The notes under the pieces are model-generated. The model ran no database searches. It saw nothing but the letters and a program-made list of their open reading frames with translations, and was not told the DNA's origin. Position numbers and translations under genes: made by a program. From an uncultured Verrucomicrobiae bacterium (lineage in GTDB: Bacteria; Verrucomicrobiota; Verrucomicrobiia; Limisphaerales; UBA8199), in contig CAWELO010000003.1 of NCBI GenBank assembly GCA_963809845.1, forward strand, positions 68,709 to 132,708: 64,000 bases of DNA, read 5' to 3'. Shown one piece after another: positions 1 through 8,468 of the stretch (position 1 is its first letter; every line of letters begins with the position of its first letter).

Positions 1-759
1 GGTGCTGCTGCTTCCATGATACACTGCGGGCGAATCCACAAACGTGGTCCCGGCAAAGTCGTTGCCCAGGGTCCCGCTCATGTTGATGACCCAGGTACCC
101 CAATTCTCACCCCGCGGGTCGTTTTCCTCCATCCACAGGATCTTTTCGGACGGATGCAGCACATGCGCTTTCCGGGTAAGGATCTTGTTTTGGGTTAAGA
201 TGGCCCAGGCTTGACCGTCAAAGCCGGTCACACCTGAGTAACTGCCGTAGGAAAAGCCCTGTCCCACCGTGCGCTTGTAGCGGGTGTCCGAGGGGCAATG
301 GATGATGTTGGCGTTTTTCAGGTATGGTCCCAGCGCGCCTTGGCGAATGCATTCCTGCATCAGAAAGATCTCCTTTTGCTGCACCGGCATGCTGTTGGCC
401 TCCGGCGGGATAACCGGCAGGCTGGGCGCGGGCGAATAAGGGGGTTGATAGCGCCAGGGCCGCTGGTTGATCCCCTCGGGATTGACCGTGTCCGCGTTGT
501 TGAAGTTGACCAACTGGTCCTGGTTATCATCCGAATACATCATCCAGGACAGGCCCATCTGCTTTTGATTGTTCAGACACGATGCTGTGGTTGCCTTGAG
601 TTTGGCGCGGGACAGCGCAGGCAAAAGCATCGCCGCCAGGATCGCAATAATCGCGATTACGACCAGCAACTCAATCAGCGTGAAGCCTTGATGCGGGCGC
701 GTCCGGTACGCCCGCAGGCCTGCGGAATGCCCCCCGCCGCGGTTGAAGCCTGGTGTCAT
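1..759 (-). CDS. prepilin-type N-terminal cleavage/methylation domain protein (type II secretion pseudopilin-like paralog); 3' end off-window
   Basis: Absent from the ORF track because it runs off the window edge. Reverse-strand ATG at 759. My translation is [79 protein letters not shown]..., which carries the [10 protein letters not shown] prepilin-peptidase motif. The frame stays open for 253 codons to position 1. Confidence 0.85.
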   Translation of the reverse strand, partial: MTPGFNRGGGHSAGLRAYRTRPHQGFTLIELLVVIAIIAILAAMLLPALSRAKLKATTASCLNNQKQMGLSWMMYSDDNQDQLVNFNNADTVNPEGINQRPWRYQPPYSPAPSLPVIPPEANSMPVQQKEIFLMQECIRQGALGPYLKNANIIHCPSDTRYKRTVGQGFSYGSYSGVTGFDGQAWAILTQNKILTRKAHVLHPSEKILWMEENDPRGENWGTWVINMSGTLGNDFAGTTFVDSPAVYHGSSST

Positions 760-1526
760 AGGATTGTCCGGCCGCTAAAAAGGACTGCGCGTTCTCCCAG
801 TTGTTTCGGTGGTTACTGCTCGCACACTAACCCGGTTCCCTACGCCAAGTCAACCACAATCGGGCCTCAAACCAGCCAAAGGCGCGGGACAAAATCCTCC
901 GTTTGCCTGGTTTGGCTTCAGGCTGCAAACACGGCTCGCGCACGCTCGTTTCCCAAGGGCGGACGAACGGAGCGGGCCCGGGGGATTGCCGCCGCCTTCG
1001 AGGATCACCGCCTCGAAGGACCGGGCCGGATGGAAACCATCGATAAACGCTATCGATCAGGCCCCGGCCGCACCGGGGTTTGGATCAACTCCGTTGAGGA
1101 TAAATAATTCCGAGGCCGGGCGCCGAGAACCCTTTTTTTGGCGCCCTGGCCTCGGCCCGCGCTTCGGAGGATGCGCGGGAAAAGTGCAAGCGATTGAGCC
1201 GCGGGCAGGTCCGCGCGGCGCACCGCACCGCCGTGGCTCGAACCACGAAAGCGGGGTAAATGATGGTTCCCGTTCCGAGCGGGGATTGAGCCTGGTGGTC
1301 AATCGGCCGAAGAAACCTGGGCGGCGCAGCCACCAACACCCCAGCAAACCGGAGGCGAAATCCGCCAGGCGCCAGCCGACGCAAATTCTCACCCCAAAGT
1401 CGAGCACCTGCCAGCACTCCACCACGATCTTGGTATTGAGCGATTTATGACTTTGTTCGTCTGGGATCATTCGTCTTTGCTGGCCGTTGGCACTTCGGTT
1501 CGCGAGTTCTGTTTGCTTCACGTGGA

Positions 1527-2621
1527 TCATCCACGGGCTTCGGCCAGAGCCGGCGCGGGTTGCTCGTAGCCCCCCGTTTTCACTCGTTCAAAAATGTCGC
1601 GGCGGAAGATGTTCTTAAGGACCGGCGTCCGGCCCAGGCCGTTGAGCTTGAACGGACTTTTCTGCAGCAACTCGTAGAGGCCCTCCATGATCCATCTGGC
1701 CTTCTCGTCCGTCGGGTCGTTGGCGTTGTGCCGGTGGAACACCGTCAGGTCCGTAAAGCTTTGTGCGACCTCCCCGCTGCGCGCAGGGGAGCCCCCCAAG
1801 CCCGCCTGCACGCAGTCCGCCGGAGCGTTCACATACTGCGGATGAGCAAGCATATCGCTCAGCAGCGGACGGTTTATAGGGAGGTCGCAAAAGGCGCAGG
1901 CCTCGAGCAGAGCGGCCAGCAACCGCTCATGCTCCTCGTTTCGGCCCGCGGCAAAACTCTGGCGCACCATCAACACCTTTTCGGGGTGGAGGGAGGCCAT
2001 CTCGGCGCTGGTGGCGAGGCAGGCCCCTACCCCGGCCTGCACCGCCACCGCCGTCCAAGGCTCGCCCACACAAAAGCCGTCAATATAGCCGAGCTTCAAC
2101 GTGGGAAACATCTGCGCCGCAGGGATCGGCACGATGCGAACGTCCGCCTCGGGCTTGATGCCCGCGCTCAAAAGCCAGCGCCGCAGCAGAATCTCTTGCG
2201 GGGAATAGGGAAAGACCACCCCGAAGGTGTAGGTCCGCTTTCCCCAGTCCTTATAGATCTGCTCCCGCAGCGTTTCCGGTCCCCGCACCCCCGCCTCCCA
2301 AAGCCGTTGTGAGATGGTGACGGCATTGCCCTGCAAGCTGAGCACCAACGCGCTCACGCACGCGCAGGGATCCGATTCCAGGCCGAGATTCGCCAGGAAC
2401 GGCAGCGTGGCCGGCGCCTGGGCCGCATCCAGTTCACCATAAATCACCTTATCCCGCAGCGAGGCCCAGCTCGCCTCGCGCTGCAACTGCACGTCCAGAT
2501 CGTACTTTTCGAACAGGCCCCCCTCGCAGGCGTAGATCAGGGGAGCACAGTCACTGACCGGCAGGAAACCGACTCTCAGCGGTTCCTTCCTTCTTAATAC
2601 GTCCAATCTTGTGCGGCTCAT
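1527..2621 (-). CDS. NrtA/CmpA (NMT1)-type substrate-binding-fold protein without signal peptide; NasS-like nitrate/nitrite-sensor candidate
   Basis: 364-aa ORF. RVGFLPVSDCAPLIYACEGGLFEKYDLDV...GELDAAQAPATLPFL matches the NrtA/NasS pattern from memory. There is no N-terminal signal or lipobox. Confidence 0.65.
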   Translation of the reverse strand: MSRTRLDVLRRKEPLRVGFLPVSDCAPLIYACEGGLFEKYDLDVQLQREASWASLRDKVIYGELDAAQAPATLPFLANLGLESDPCACVSALVLSLQGNAVTISQRLWEAGVRGPETLREQIYKDWGKRTYTFGVVFPYSPQEILLRRWLLSAGIKPEADVRIVPIPAAQMFPTLKLGYIDGFCVGEPWTAVAVQAGVGACLATSAEMASLHPEKVLMVRQSFAAGRNEEHERLLAALLEACAFCDLPINRPLLSDMLAHPQYVNAPADCVQAGLGGSPARSGEVAQSFTDLTVFHRHNANDPTDEKARWIMEGLYELLQKSPFKLNGLGRTPVLKNIFRRDIFERVKTGGYEQPAPALAEARG

Positions 2622-3165
2622 AATAAAACCTTCTCGCCTTAGAGCAAGGAACAGGCCAGCGCCGCAACGGCGTTGAAAACCGCTGCTTCACCACACTTCT
2701 GAGCCAGCCGCGCCGCCCGACCACGCGGCACGCTGATGAAATTTACTCAACGTGGATAAAATTCGGTGTCAAGTCTGCCACACTCAACGTGCCCTCCGCG
2801 CTTCGCATGGACTCGGCTGCGCTTTTCAAACGGCCTCGGAAAATCCATTGTTTGGCGAATTCAATTCGCCTAGAGTCATCGGAAGTGTCCGGCGCACCTG
2901 GGTTCACGACCGGGCCAGCACTTGAGCGCATGACACAATCCTCCGCTACGGATCATCCACGTTGGACGGGCGTCTTTCCGGCCATTCCCGCTCAGTCTCG
3001 AACGGAGCGGATACTCGGCCTCGAAGCCGCTGCGCGCCAGACTGAGGCGCGGGTGGATTCCGGCCGCGGGGGGAGGGCCAGACCAGCCTCCGGCCGCGAC
3101 GGGGTTAACGCGCAGGCCAAGTCGGTCCTGGACCAGCCCGATCCGTCTGCGTGGAGCATCCGTGC

Positions 3166-4299
3166 ATGACCCAGGCCTTCGACATCGTTATTGTTGGAGC
3201 CGGCATTGTCGGCGCCGCTTGTGCCGCGGAATGCGCTCGAGCCGGCCTCAAAACCCTGGTGTTGGACCGCGGCCCCATCGGCGGCGGGACCACCGGCGCG
3301 GGCATGGGGCACATTGTAGTGATGGACGATTCCGAAGCCCAATTCGCACTGACCGCCTACTCGCGCTCGCTCTGGCAGCACCTGGTCCCGGAACTCCCGG
3401 CAGAGGTTGAATATGAGCCGTGCGGAACGCTCTGGGTCGCCGCGGACGAGGAGGAGATGGGCGCGGTGCTCCGCAAAAAGCAACACTACGAGGCGCGCAA
3501 CATTCGCGTCGAAGTGCTCGACAGCGCCGCCCTGGCCCAGGCCGAGCCACACCTGCGGCCTGGGCTGGCCGGCGGCCTGCGTGTCCCGGGCGACGCGGTC
3601 ATTTATCCGCCTTGTGCCGCGCATTTTCTCATCGAACGGGCCCGGGCGTATCGCGCGGAACTGCGCCTCGGAGTGTCTGTTGTCGAATTGCTTCCCTCGG
3701 GTGTAGTCGTCCTGGCGGACGGATCCCGTATTTCAGCGGGCATTTCGGTAAACGCCACCGGCCCTTGGTCCCCCACCCTGAGCCCTGCGCTGCCGGTGCG
3801 CCCGCGCAAAGGTCATCTCCTCATTACGGATCGCTACCCGGGATTCGTTCATCATCAAATCGTTGAGCTGGGTTACCTCAAGAGCGCCCATGCCGTGAAC
3901 CAGGATTCCGTCGCGTTCAACATTCAACCCCGCAAAAACGGCCAGCTGCTCATCGGCTCGTCCCGTCAATTCGAGGCGGAGGACACCAAGGTCGAGCAGC
4001 GTATGTTGGACCGCATGCTCGAGCGCGCCCTGGCCTATTTGCCGATGCTAGGGTCACTATCAGCCCTTCGAGCCTGGACCGGGCACCGCGCCGCCACCCC
4101 GGACAAGCTGCCGCTGATCGGCCCCAGCTCCCAGAGCAGCCGCATTTGGTTAGCCACCGGACACGAGGGCCTGGGCATCACCACCTCGTTGGCTACCGGC
4201 CATTTGCTGGCCGCGCTCCTCTTGAACCTCAACACCGAAATCCCAGCCACACCGTACCTGCCGGCGCGGTTAGCGATTAGGGAGAACAGCGAAAATTGA
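3166..4299 (+). CDS. FAD-dependent oxidoreductase, DAO family (HcnC / OoxB / D-hydroxyproline dehydrogenase beta-like subunit)
   Basis: ORF 3151..4299. The ATG at 3166 gives MTQAFDIVIVGAGIVGAACA, a GxGxxG FAD fold at the extreme N-terminus. It is followed by a small 2Fe-2S protein and a second flavoprotein. Confidence 0.8.
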   Translation: MTQAFDIVIVGAGIVGAACAAECARAGLKTLVLDRGPIGGGTTGAGMGHIVVMDDSEAQFALTAYSRSLWQHLVPELPAEVEYEPCGTLWVAADEEEMGAVLRKKQHYEARNIRVEVLDSAALAQAEPHLRPGLAGGLRVPGDAVIYPPCAAHFLIERARAYRAELRLGVSVVELLPSGVVVLADGSRISAGISVNATGPWSPTLSPALPVRPRKGHLLITDRYPGFVHHQIVELGYLKSAHAVNQDSVAFNIQPRKNGQLLIGSSRQFEAEDTKVEQRMLDRMLERALAYLPMLGSLSALRAWTGHRAATPDKLPLIGPSSQSSRIWLATGHEGLGITTSLATGHLLAALLLNLNTEIPATPYLPARLAIRENSEN

Positions 4300-4412
4300 T
4301 TGCGATGATGACCTTGAGGCCAGAGCTTGCGCTGGGATCGTTACCGAAGCCAACGCCGCCATCCTTCGACCCGGCGACCGGAAACTTGGGGGTCGCGAAC
4401 TAAGCTGCTGCC

Positions 4413-4661
4413 GTGTCCGACGAAGTCCACCTCTCTGTGAACGGCGCGCGGTTAAGCGTGCCGGGCGGGACAATCGTAGCCGCCGCCATTGCGCGTGCGG
4501 GCATCACGTGCTTTCGCGGCTCGGTGTCCGGGACCCCCCGAGGACCCCTGTGCGGGATGGGCATTTGTCACGAATGCCGCGTGACCATTAACGGCCAGGC
4601 CAACTGCCGAAGTTGCCTCGTCCTTTGCGCCGAGGGCATGGAGATATTGACCGATGGGTGA
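4413..4661 (+). CDS. (2Fe-2S)-binding small subunit (HcnA / opine oxidase gamma-like)
   Basis: 82-aa ORF with the Cys cluster CGMGICHECRV...NCRSC. It sits between the two flavoprotein genes and overlaps the next start by 8 nt. Confidence 0.75.
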   Translation: MSDEVHLSVNGARLSVPGGTIVAAAIARAGITCFRGSVSGTPRGPLCGMGICHECRVTINGQANCRSCLVLCAEGMEILTDG

Positions 4662-5933
4662 GCGCCACTTCGAATGTGACATTGCCGTAGTGGGCGGCGG
4701 TCCGGCCGGCCTGGCCGCCGCTTGCACCGCCGCGGAGAGCGGCCGTCGCGTGCTGCTCTTGGAGGAGTCTCCCTGGCTCGGCGGCCAGATTTGGCGGGGT
4801 CAACCGCCGCGGCCTTCGCTTCCCCAGGCACGAACCTGGCTGGATCGATTCTCTCGGTCGGGCGCGGCCGTGCTCGAGGGGGCAACCGTCATTGCCGCCC
4901 CCCAGCCGGGCCTGCTGCTGGTCGAGCGCAATGGCCTTCCCGCGACGGTGGCCTGCCACCGCTTGATTCTGGCGACCGGCGCGCGCGAATTGTTCCTCCC
5001 CTTCCCCGGCTGGACACTGCCGGGCGTGTTTGGCCCGGCGGCCTGCAGGCCCTGATCAAGCACGGCTGGCCGGTCGAAGGCAAACGCGCTGTTGTGGCGG
5101 GGAGCGGACCGCTGCTGCTGGTGGTGGCGGATACCCTGCGAAAGCAGGGCGCAAGCGTCGTCTCGGTGAGCGAACAAGCGCCGGCAAAACGTGTGCTGGG
5201 CTTTGCGCGCAACCTCCTGGCCCATCCAGCCAAACTATGCCAGGGCATCGGGCTCCAAGCGCGCCTTCTCGGAACCCGGTGCCGCTACGGCGTCTGGACC
5301 GCCCGCGCGGAAGGCAAGTCCCACGTCGAGCGCGTGACCCTCACGAATGGCCGGACGTCCTGGACTGAGCCGTGCGATCTGCTGGCCTGTGGCTTCGGCC
5401 TCGTGCCCAATGTCGAACTGCCGCTCCTGCTGGGCTGCGAATTGATGGACGGAGCTGTCCGCGTAAATGAATTCCAGGCCGCTTCGGCCCCCGCCGTGTT
5501 TTGCGCGGGCGAACCGACCGGCATCGGCGGCGCGGATTGTGCCCTCGTTGAAGGCCGGATTGCCGGCTATGCCGCTGCGGAATGCAAGGCCCAGGCGAAG
5601 GCACTCTTCGCCCGCCGCGCTTCCTGGCACCGATTTCGCCGCGCGCTGGCCCGAACGTACGCCTTGCGGCCCGAGCTAAGGAGCCTGGCGGCGAACGAAA
5701 CGCTCGTGTGCCGTTGCGAGGACGTCGCTTTGGGAAAGCTGCGGTCCTTCGCCGGTTGGCGCGAGGCCAAGCTGCATTCTCGCTGCGGCATGGGGCCCTG
5801 CCAGGGCCGTGTTTGCGGCCCGGCCGCCCAGTTCATCCTCGGCTGGACCCTGGACTCCGTCCGCCCCCCGCTCGTGCCCGCCCGCGTGCAGCAGCCTCAT
5901 TTCGAGCAGCTCGGAACTCACCCAAACGCAATT
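4654..5933 (+). pseudogene. FAD/NAD(P)-binding oxidoreductase (HcnB / OoxA-like alpha subunit), reading frame broken by a 1-nt indel near 5030-5042
   Basis: Frame 1 (4654..5055) gives DIAVVGGGPAGLAAA...LPGVFG and then stops. The protein continues in frame 3 as GGLQALIKHGWPVEGKRAVVAGSGPLLL...CGMGPCQGRVCGP...SVRPPLVPARV. Frame 3 has no stop before the next gene. This could be an assembly error rather than a true pseudogene. Confidence 0.7.
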
Positions 5934-6605
5934 ATGAATCGTGACCAGGAACTTTGGACCGCCATTGACCAATATGTCGGTGCGCGGCTTATCGCTTCCG
6001 ACCCCATACTCGAAACGGCCCTCGATGCAAGCGCCGCCGCCGGCCTGCCGCCCATCCAGGTCTCCCCATGCCAGGGCAAGCTCCTGCAACTGCTGGCGCA
6101 AATTCATCAGGCGCGCACCATCCTCGAGATCGGCACCTTGGGCGGCTACAGCACCATCTGGCTCGGGCGGGCGCTACCCGCCGATGGGCGGCTGGTCACG
6201 CTGGAATTGGAACCGCGTCACGCCGAGGTGGCCCGGAGCAACCTGGCGCGCGCAGGCCTTTCCAGCCGGGTCGAGCAGCGCGTCGGGCCGGCCATCCAAA
6301 CCCTCCCGCGTCTCGCGGCGGAAGGCCAGGGCCCGTTCGATTTCATCTTCATCGACGCGGATAAGCCAGGCACAGCGGACTACTTCCGCTGGGCCGTGAA
6401 ATTATCCCGTCCCGGCAGTGTGATTCTCGTGGACAATGTCATCCGCAAAGGCGCGCTGATCGAGGAAGCCAGCACAGATCCTGCCGTGCAAGGCATGCGC
6501 CGCTTCCTCGACGTGCTCGGCGCCGAACCCCGCGTGACTTCGACCGTCATTCAAACGGCCGGCAGCAAGGGTTACGACGGTTTTGCTCTGTCGATCGTCC
6601 GATAA
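5934..6605 (+). CDS. class I SAM-dependent O-methyltransferase (family 3, caffeoyl-CoA OMT-like)
   Basis: The ATG at 5934 gives MNRDQELWTAIDQYV...ILEIGTLGGYSTIWLG (SAM motif I)...FDFIFIDADK...VILVDNV. It is the C-terminal part of the 627-aa track ORF 4722..6605. Confidence 0.8.
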   Translation: MNRDQELWTAIDQYVGARLIASDPILETALDASAAAGLPPIQVSPCQGKLLQLLAQIHQARTILEIGTLGGYSTIWLGRALPADGRLVTLELEPRHAEVARSNLARAGLSSRVEQRVGPAIQTLPRLAAEGQGPFDFIFIDADKPGTADYFRWAVKLSRPGSVILVDNVIRKGALIEEASTDPAVQGMRRFLDVLGAEPRVTSTVIQTAGSKGYDGFALSIVR

Positions 6606-6608
6606 TGG

Positions 6609-6642
6609 TTCGCGGCAAACTCGATTCAGAGTTTGCCGCGAA
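6609..6642. terminator. bidirectional stem-loop between convergent genes
   Basis: ttcgcggcaaact (6609-6621) and agtttgccgcgaa (6630-6642) form a perfect 13-bp inverted repeat with an 8-nt loop. It lies between the stop at 6605 (+) and the stop at 6671 (-). Confidence 0.6.
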
Positions 6643-6670
6643 ACCTATGGGCCCGGATCAAGTGCTCGGG

Positions 6671-8200
6671 CTACCCGGTCTGCTTGCTCTCGTCCACCAC
6701 CACGTAGTGGCTACCACCACCCTCCCAGACCCTCACCAGCGTGTGCTTGTCGGTCGTTTTTTCCGTCAACCGGACAGCGTCTTCAGCACTCTTCACCGGG
6801 TGCCGATTGATCTCCTCGATGACATCGCCGGGTTTGAGGCCGGCCTCGGCGGCGGCTGAATCGGGTTTTACTTCCTCGATCACGGCTCCTTTCACGTTGC
6901 CCGGCAGGTTGAACTGCTGCCGCATTTGCGGATCGACATCCTGGACTGTAACCCCGTTGAGCGTGCCCGTGTCCTGGTTGTTATTATCATCGTTTTGAGC
7001 CACCTGTTGTTCACCCGGAAGCGCGCGCAACGTGATTTCCATCGTTTTGGTCTCACCGTTTCGCAGAACCTTTACCGGCACCCGGGTCCCCGGCGCGGTC
7101 TCCGCGGCTTCCAACCGCAATTGGGTGCTGTCGTTGATCTTGTTGCCGTTGAACTCCACAATCACGTCGCCATCTTTGATGCCCGCCTTGGCGGCCGGGC
7201 TCTGGGGCACGACTCCACCCACCAACGCTCCGTGCAGGTCTTTCACGTCGAAGTCCTTGGCCAGCGCCGGGCTGAGATTCTGAATCATCAACCCGAGATA
7301 CCCGCGTGTCACATGGCCGTACTTGACCAGGCTAACCATGACGTTCCGAGCCAGATCCGACGGGATGGCAAAGCCGATGCCCTGATTGCCCCCGGATCGG
7401 CTGAGGATCGCCGTGTTAATCCCAATGAGCCGGCCCTCGACATCCACCAGCGCGCCGCCGGAGTTGCCAGGGTTGATCGCCGCATCCGTCTGGATGAAAT
7501 CCTCGTAGTCTTCAATCCCCATGTTCCCGCGATCTTTGGCGCTCACAATGCCCTCGGTCACGGTCTGCCCTACGCCGAAGGGATTGCCAATCGCCAACAC
7601 GACATCACCGACCTGCACCTTGCTGCTGTCGGCCATGGGCACCACCGGCAAATCGTTGGCGTCAATCTTCACCACCGCGATGTCCGACTTGGGATCCCGC
7701 CCCACCACCTTGGCCGTAAACTCCCGGCCGTCCAGCAGTGTCACTTTCACCTGGTCGGCGTGATCCACCACATGGTTGTTGGTCAGGATGTAACCGTTCT
7801 TGGTCACGATGACGCCCGAGCCCAACCCGCGTTCGCGGAACGGACCCGAAGGGGTCTGGGGAAACCCATTGCCGAATTGATTGCCAAAAAAATGACGCCA
7901 GAATGGGTCCTCAAGCCCAGGCATCTCCTGGGTCGAGGTATTCTGAATCGTGCTGGTCGTAACGATCTTCACGATCGCCGGGGCCACGCGTTTGACCACC
8001 GGGGCAAAACTCCCTGCGGGCATTCCTTCGCGGGAAACCGGATTTTCCGCCAGCGGCACGTTGACGGGGCCGGAAGCCCCGGCATCCGCCTTTTCGGTTG
8101 ATTTATGAGTAAACGCGACAGCCGAAGCGCCTACCGCCAGAGCGGTGCACAGGCCCGCGGCCACCACACGAATACGGGATCGATTTGGACTCGTTTTCAT
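6671..8200 (-). CDS. htrA: Do/DegP/HtrA-family periplasmic serine endoprotease with two PDZ domains
   Basis: 509 aa with an N-terminal signal-like helix. Catalytic motifs are TNNHVV, DIAVVKI and GNSGGALVD. Two PDZ-like C-terminal segments are present. Confidence 0.9.
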   Translation of the reverse strand: MKTSPNRSRIRVVAAGLCTALAVGASAVAFTHKSTEKADAGASGPVNVPLAENPVSREGMPAGSFAPVVKRVAPAIVKIVTTSTIQNTSTQEMPGLEDPFWRHFFGNQFGNGFPQTPSGPFRERGLGSGVIVTKNGYILTNNHVVDHADQVKVTLLDGREFTAKVVGRDPKSDIAVVKIDANDLPVVPMADSSKVQVGDVVLAIGNPFGVGQTVTEGIVSAKDRGNMGIEDYEDFIQTDAAINPGNSGGALVDVEGRLIGINTAILSRSGGNQGIGFAIPSDLARNVMVSLVKYGHVTRGYLGLMIQNLSPALAKDFDVKDLHGALVGGVVPQSPAAKAGIKDGDVIVEFNGNKINDSTQLRLEAAETAPGTRVPVKVLRNGETKTMEITLRALPGEQQVAQNDDNNNQDTGTLNGVTVQDVDPQMRQQFNLPGNVKGAVIEEVKPDSAAAEAGLKPGDVIEEINRHPVKSAEDAVRLTEKTTDKHTLVRVWEGGGSHYVVVDESKQTG

Positions 8201-8468
8201 AATTGTTTCTTTTCTCTATTAGATTAGAAGCTCGGAACATGACCGGAACCTTGCCCCAGCATGACAGAATTGTAATGCTCGCTCGCGCCCGTCCCTGCCC
8301 CCCCGGAGGGAACGGGCTGCGCGCTTCGGCCACGAAATGCCGGGGGAAGAAGTGTGGGCGCCGGGTCGCAGGCGCAGCGGTGCTTGACTTGGCCCCAGGG
8401 GCCCGCTGCGGGAACTGCACGGCGAAAGCTTTTTGCAATTACGACTCAAAGCGGTCAAGCTCCGCGCC

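Noticed and set aside
1230-1330. Cobalamin or other riboswitch in the long intergenic region
   Set aside because: Segments such as agcctggtggtc only loosely resemble the B12 box. No full consensus (B12, SAM, TPP, FMN, glycine) could be aligned on either strand.
4722-5040. N-terminal roughly 105 codons of the 627-aa track ORF (MHRRGERPSRAALGG...)
   Set aside because: It is an out-of-frame overlap with the real N-terminus of the HcnB-like gene (frame 1, GGGPAGLAAA fold). Only the part downstream of about 5040 is coding in this frame.
6926-8101. 391-aa plus-strand ORF
   Set aside because: It is antisense to the HtrA protease gene, and its His/Arg-rich composition looks non-protein-like.
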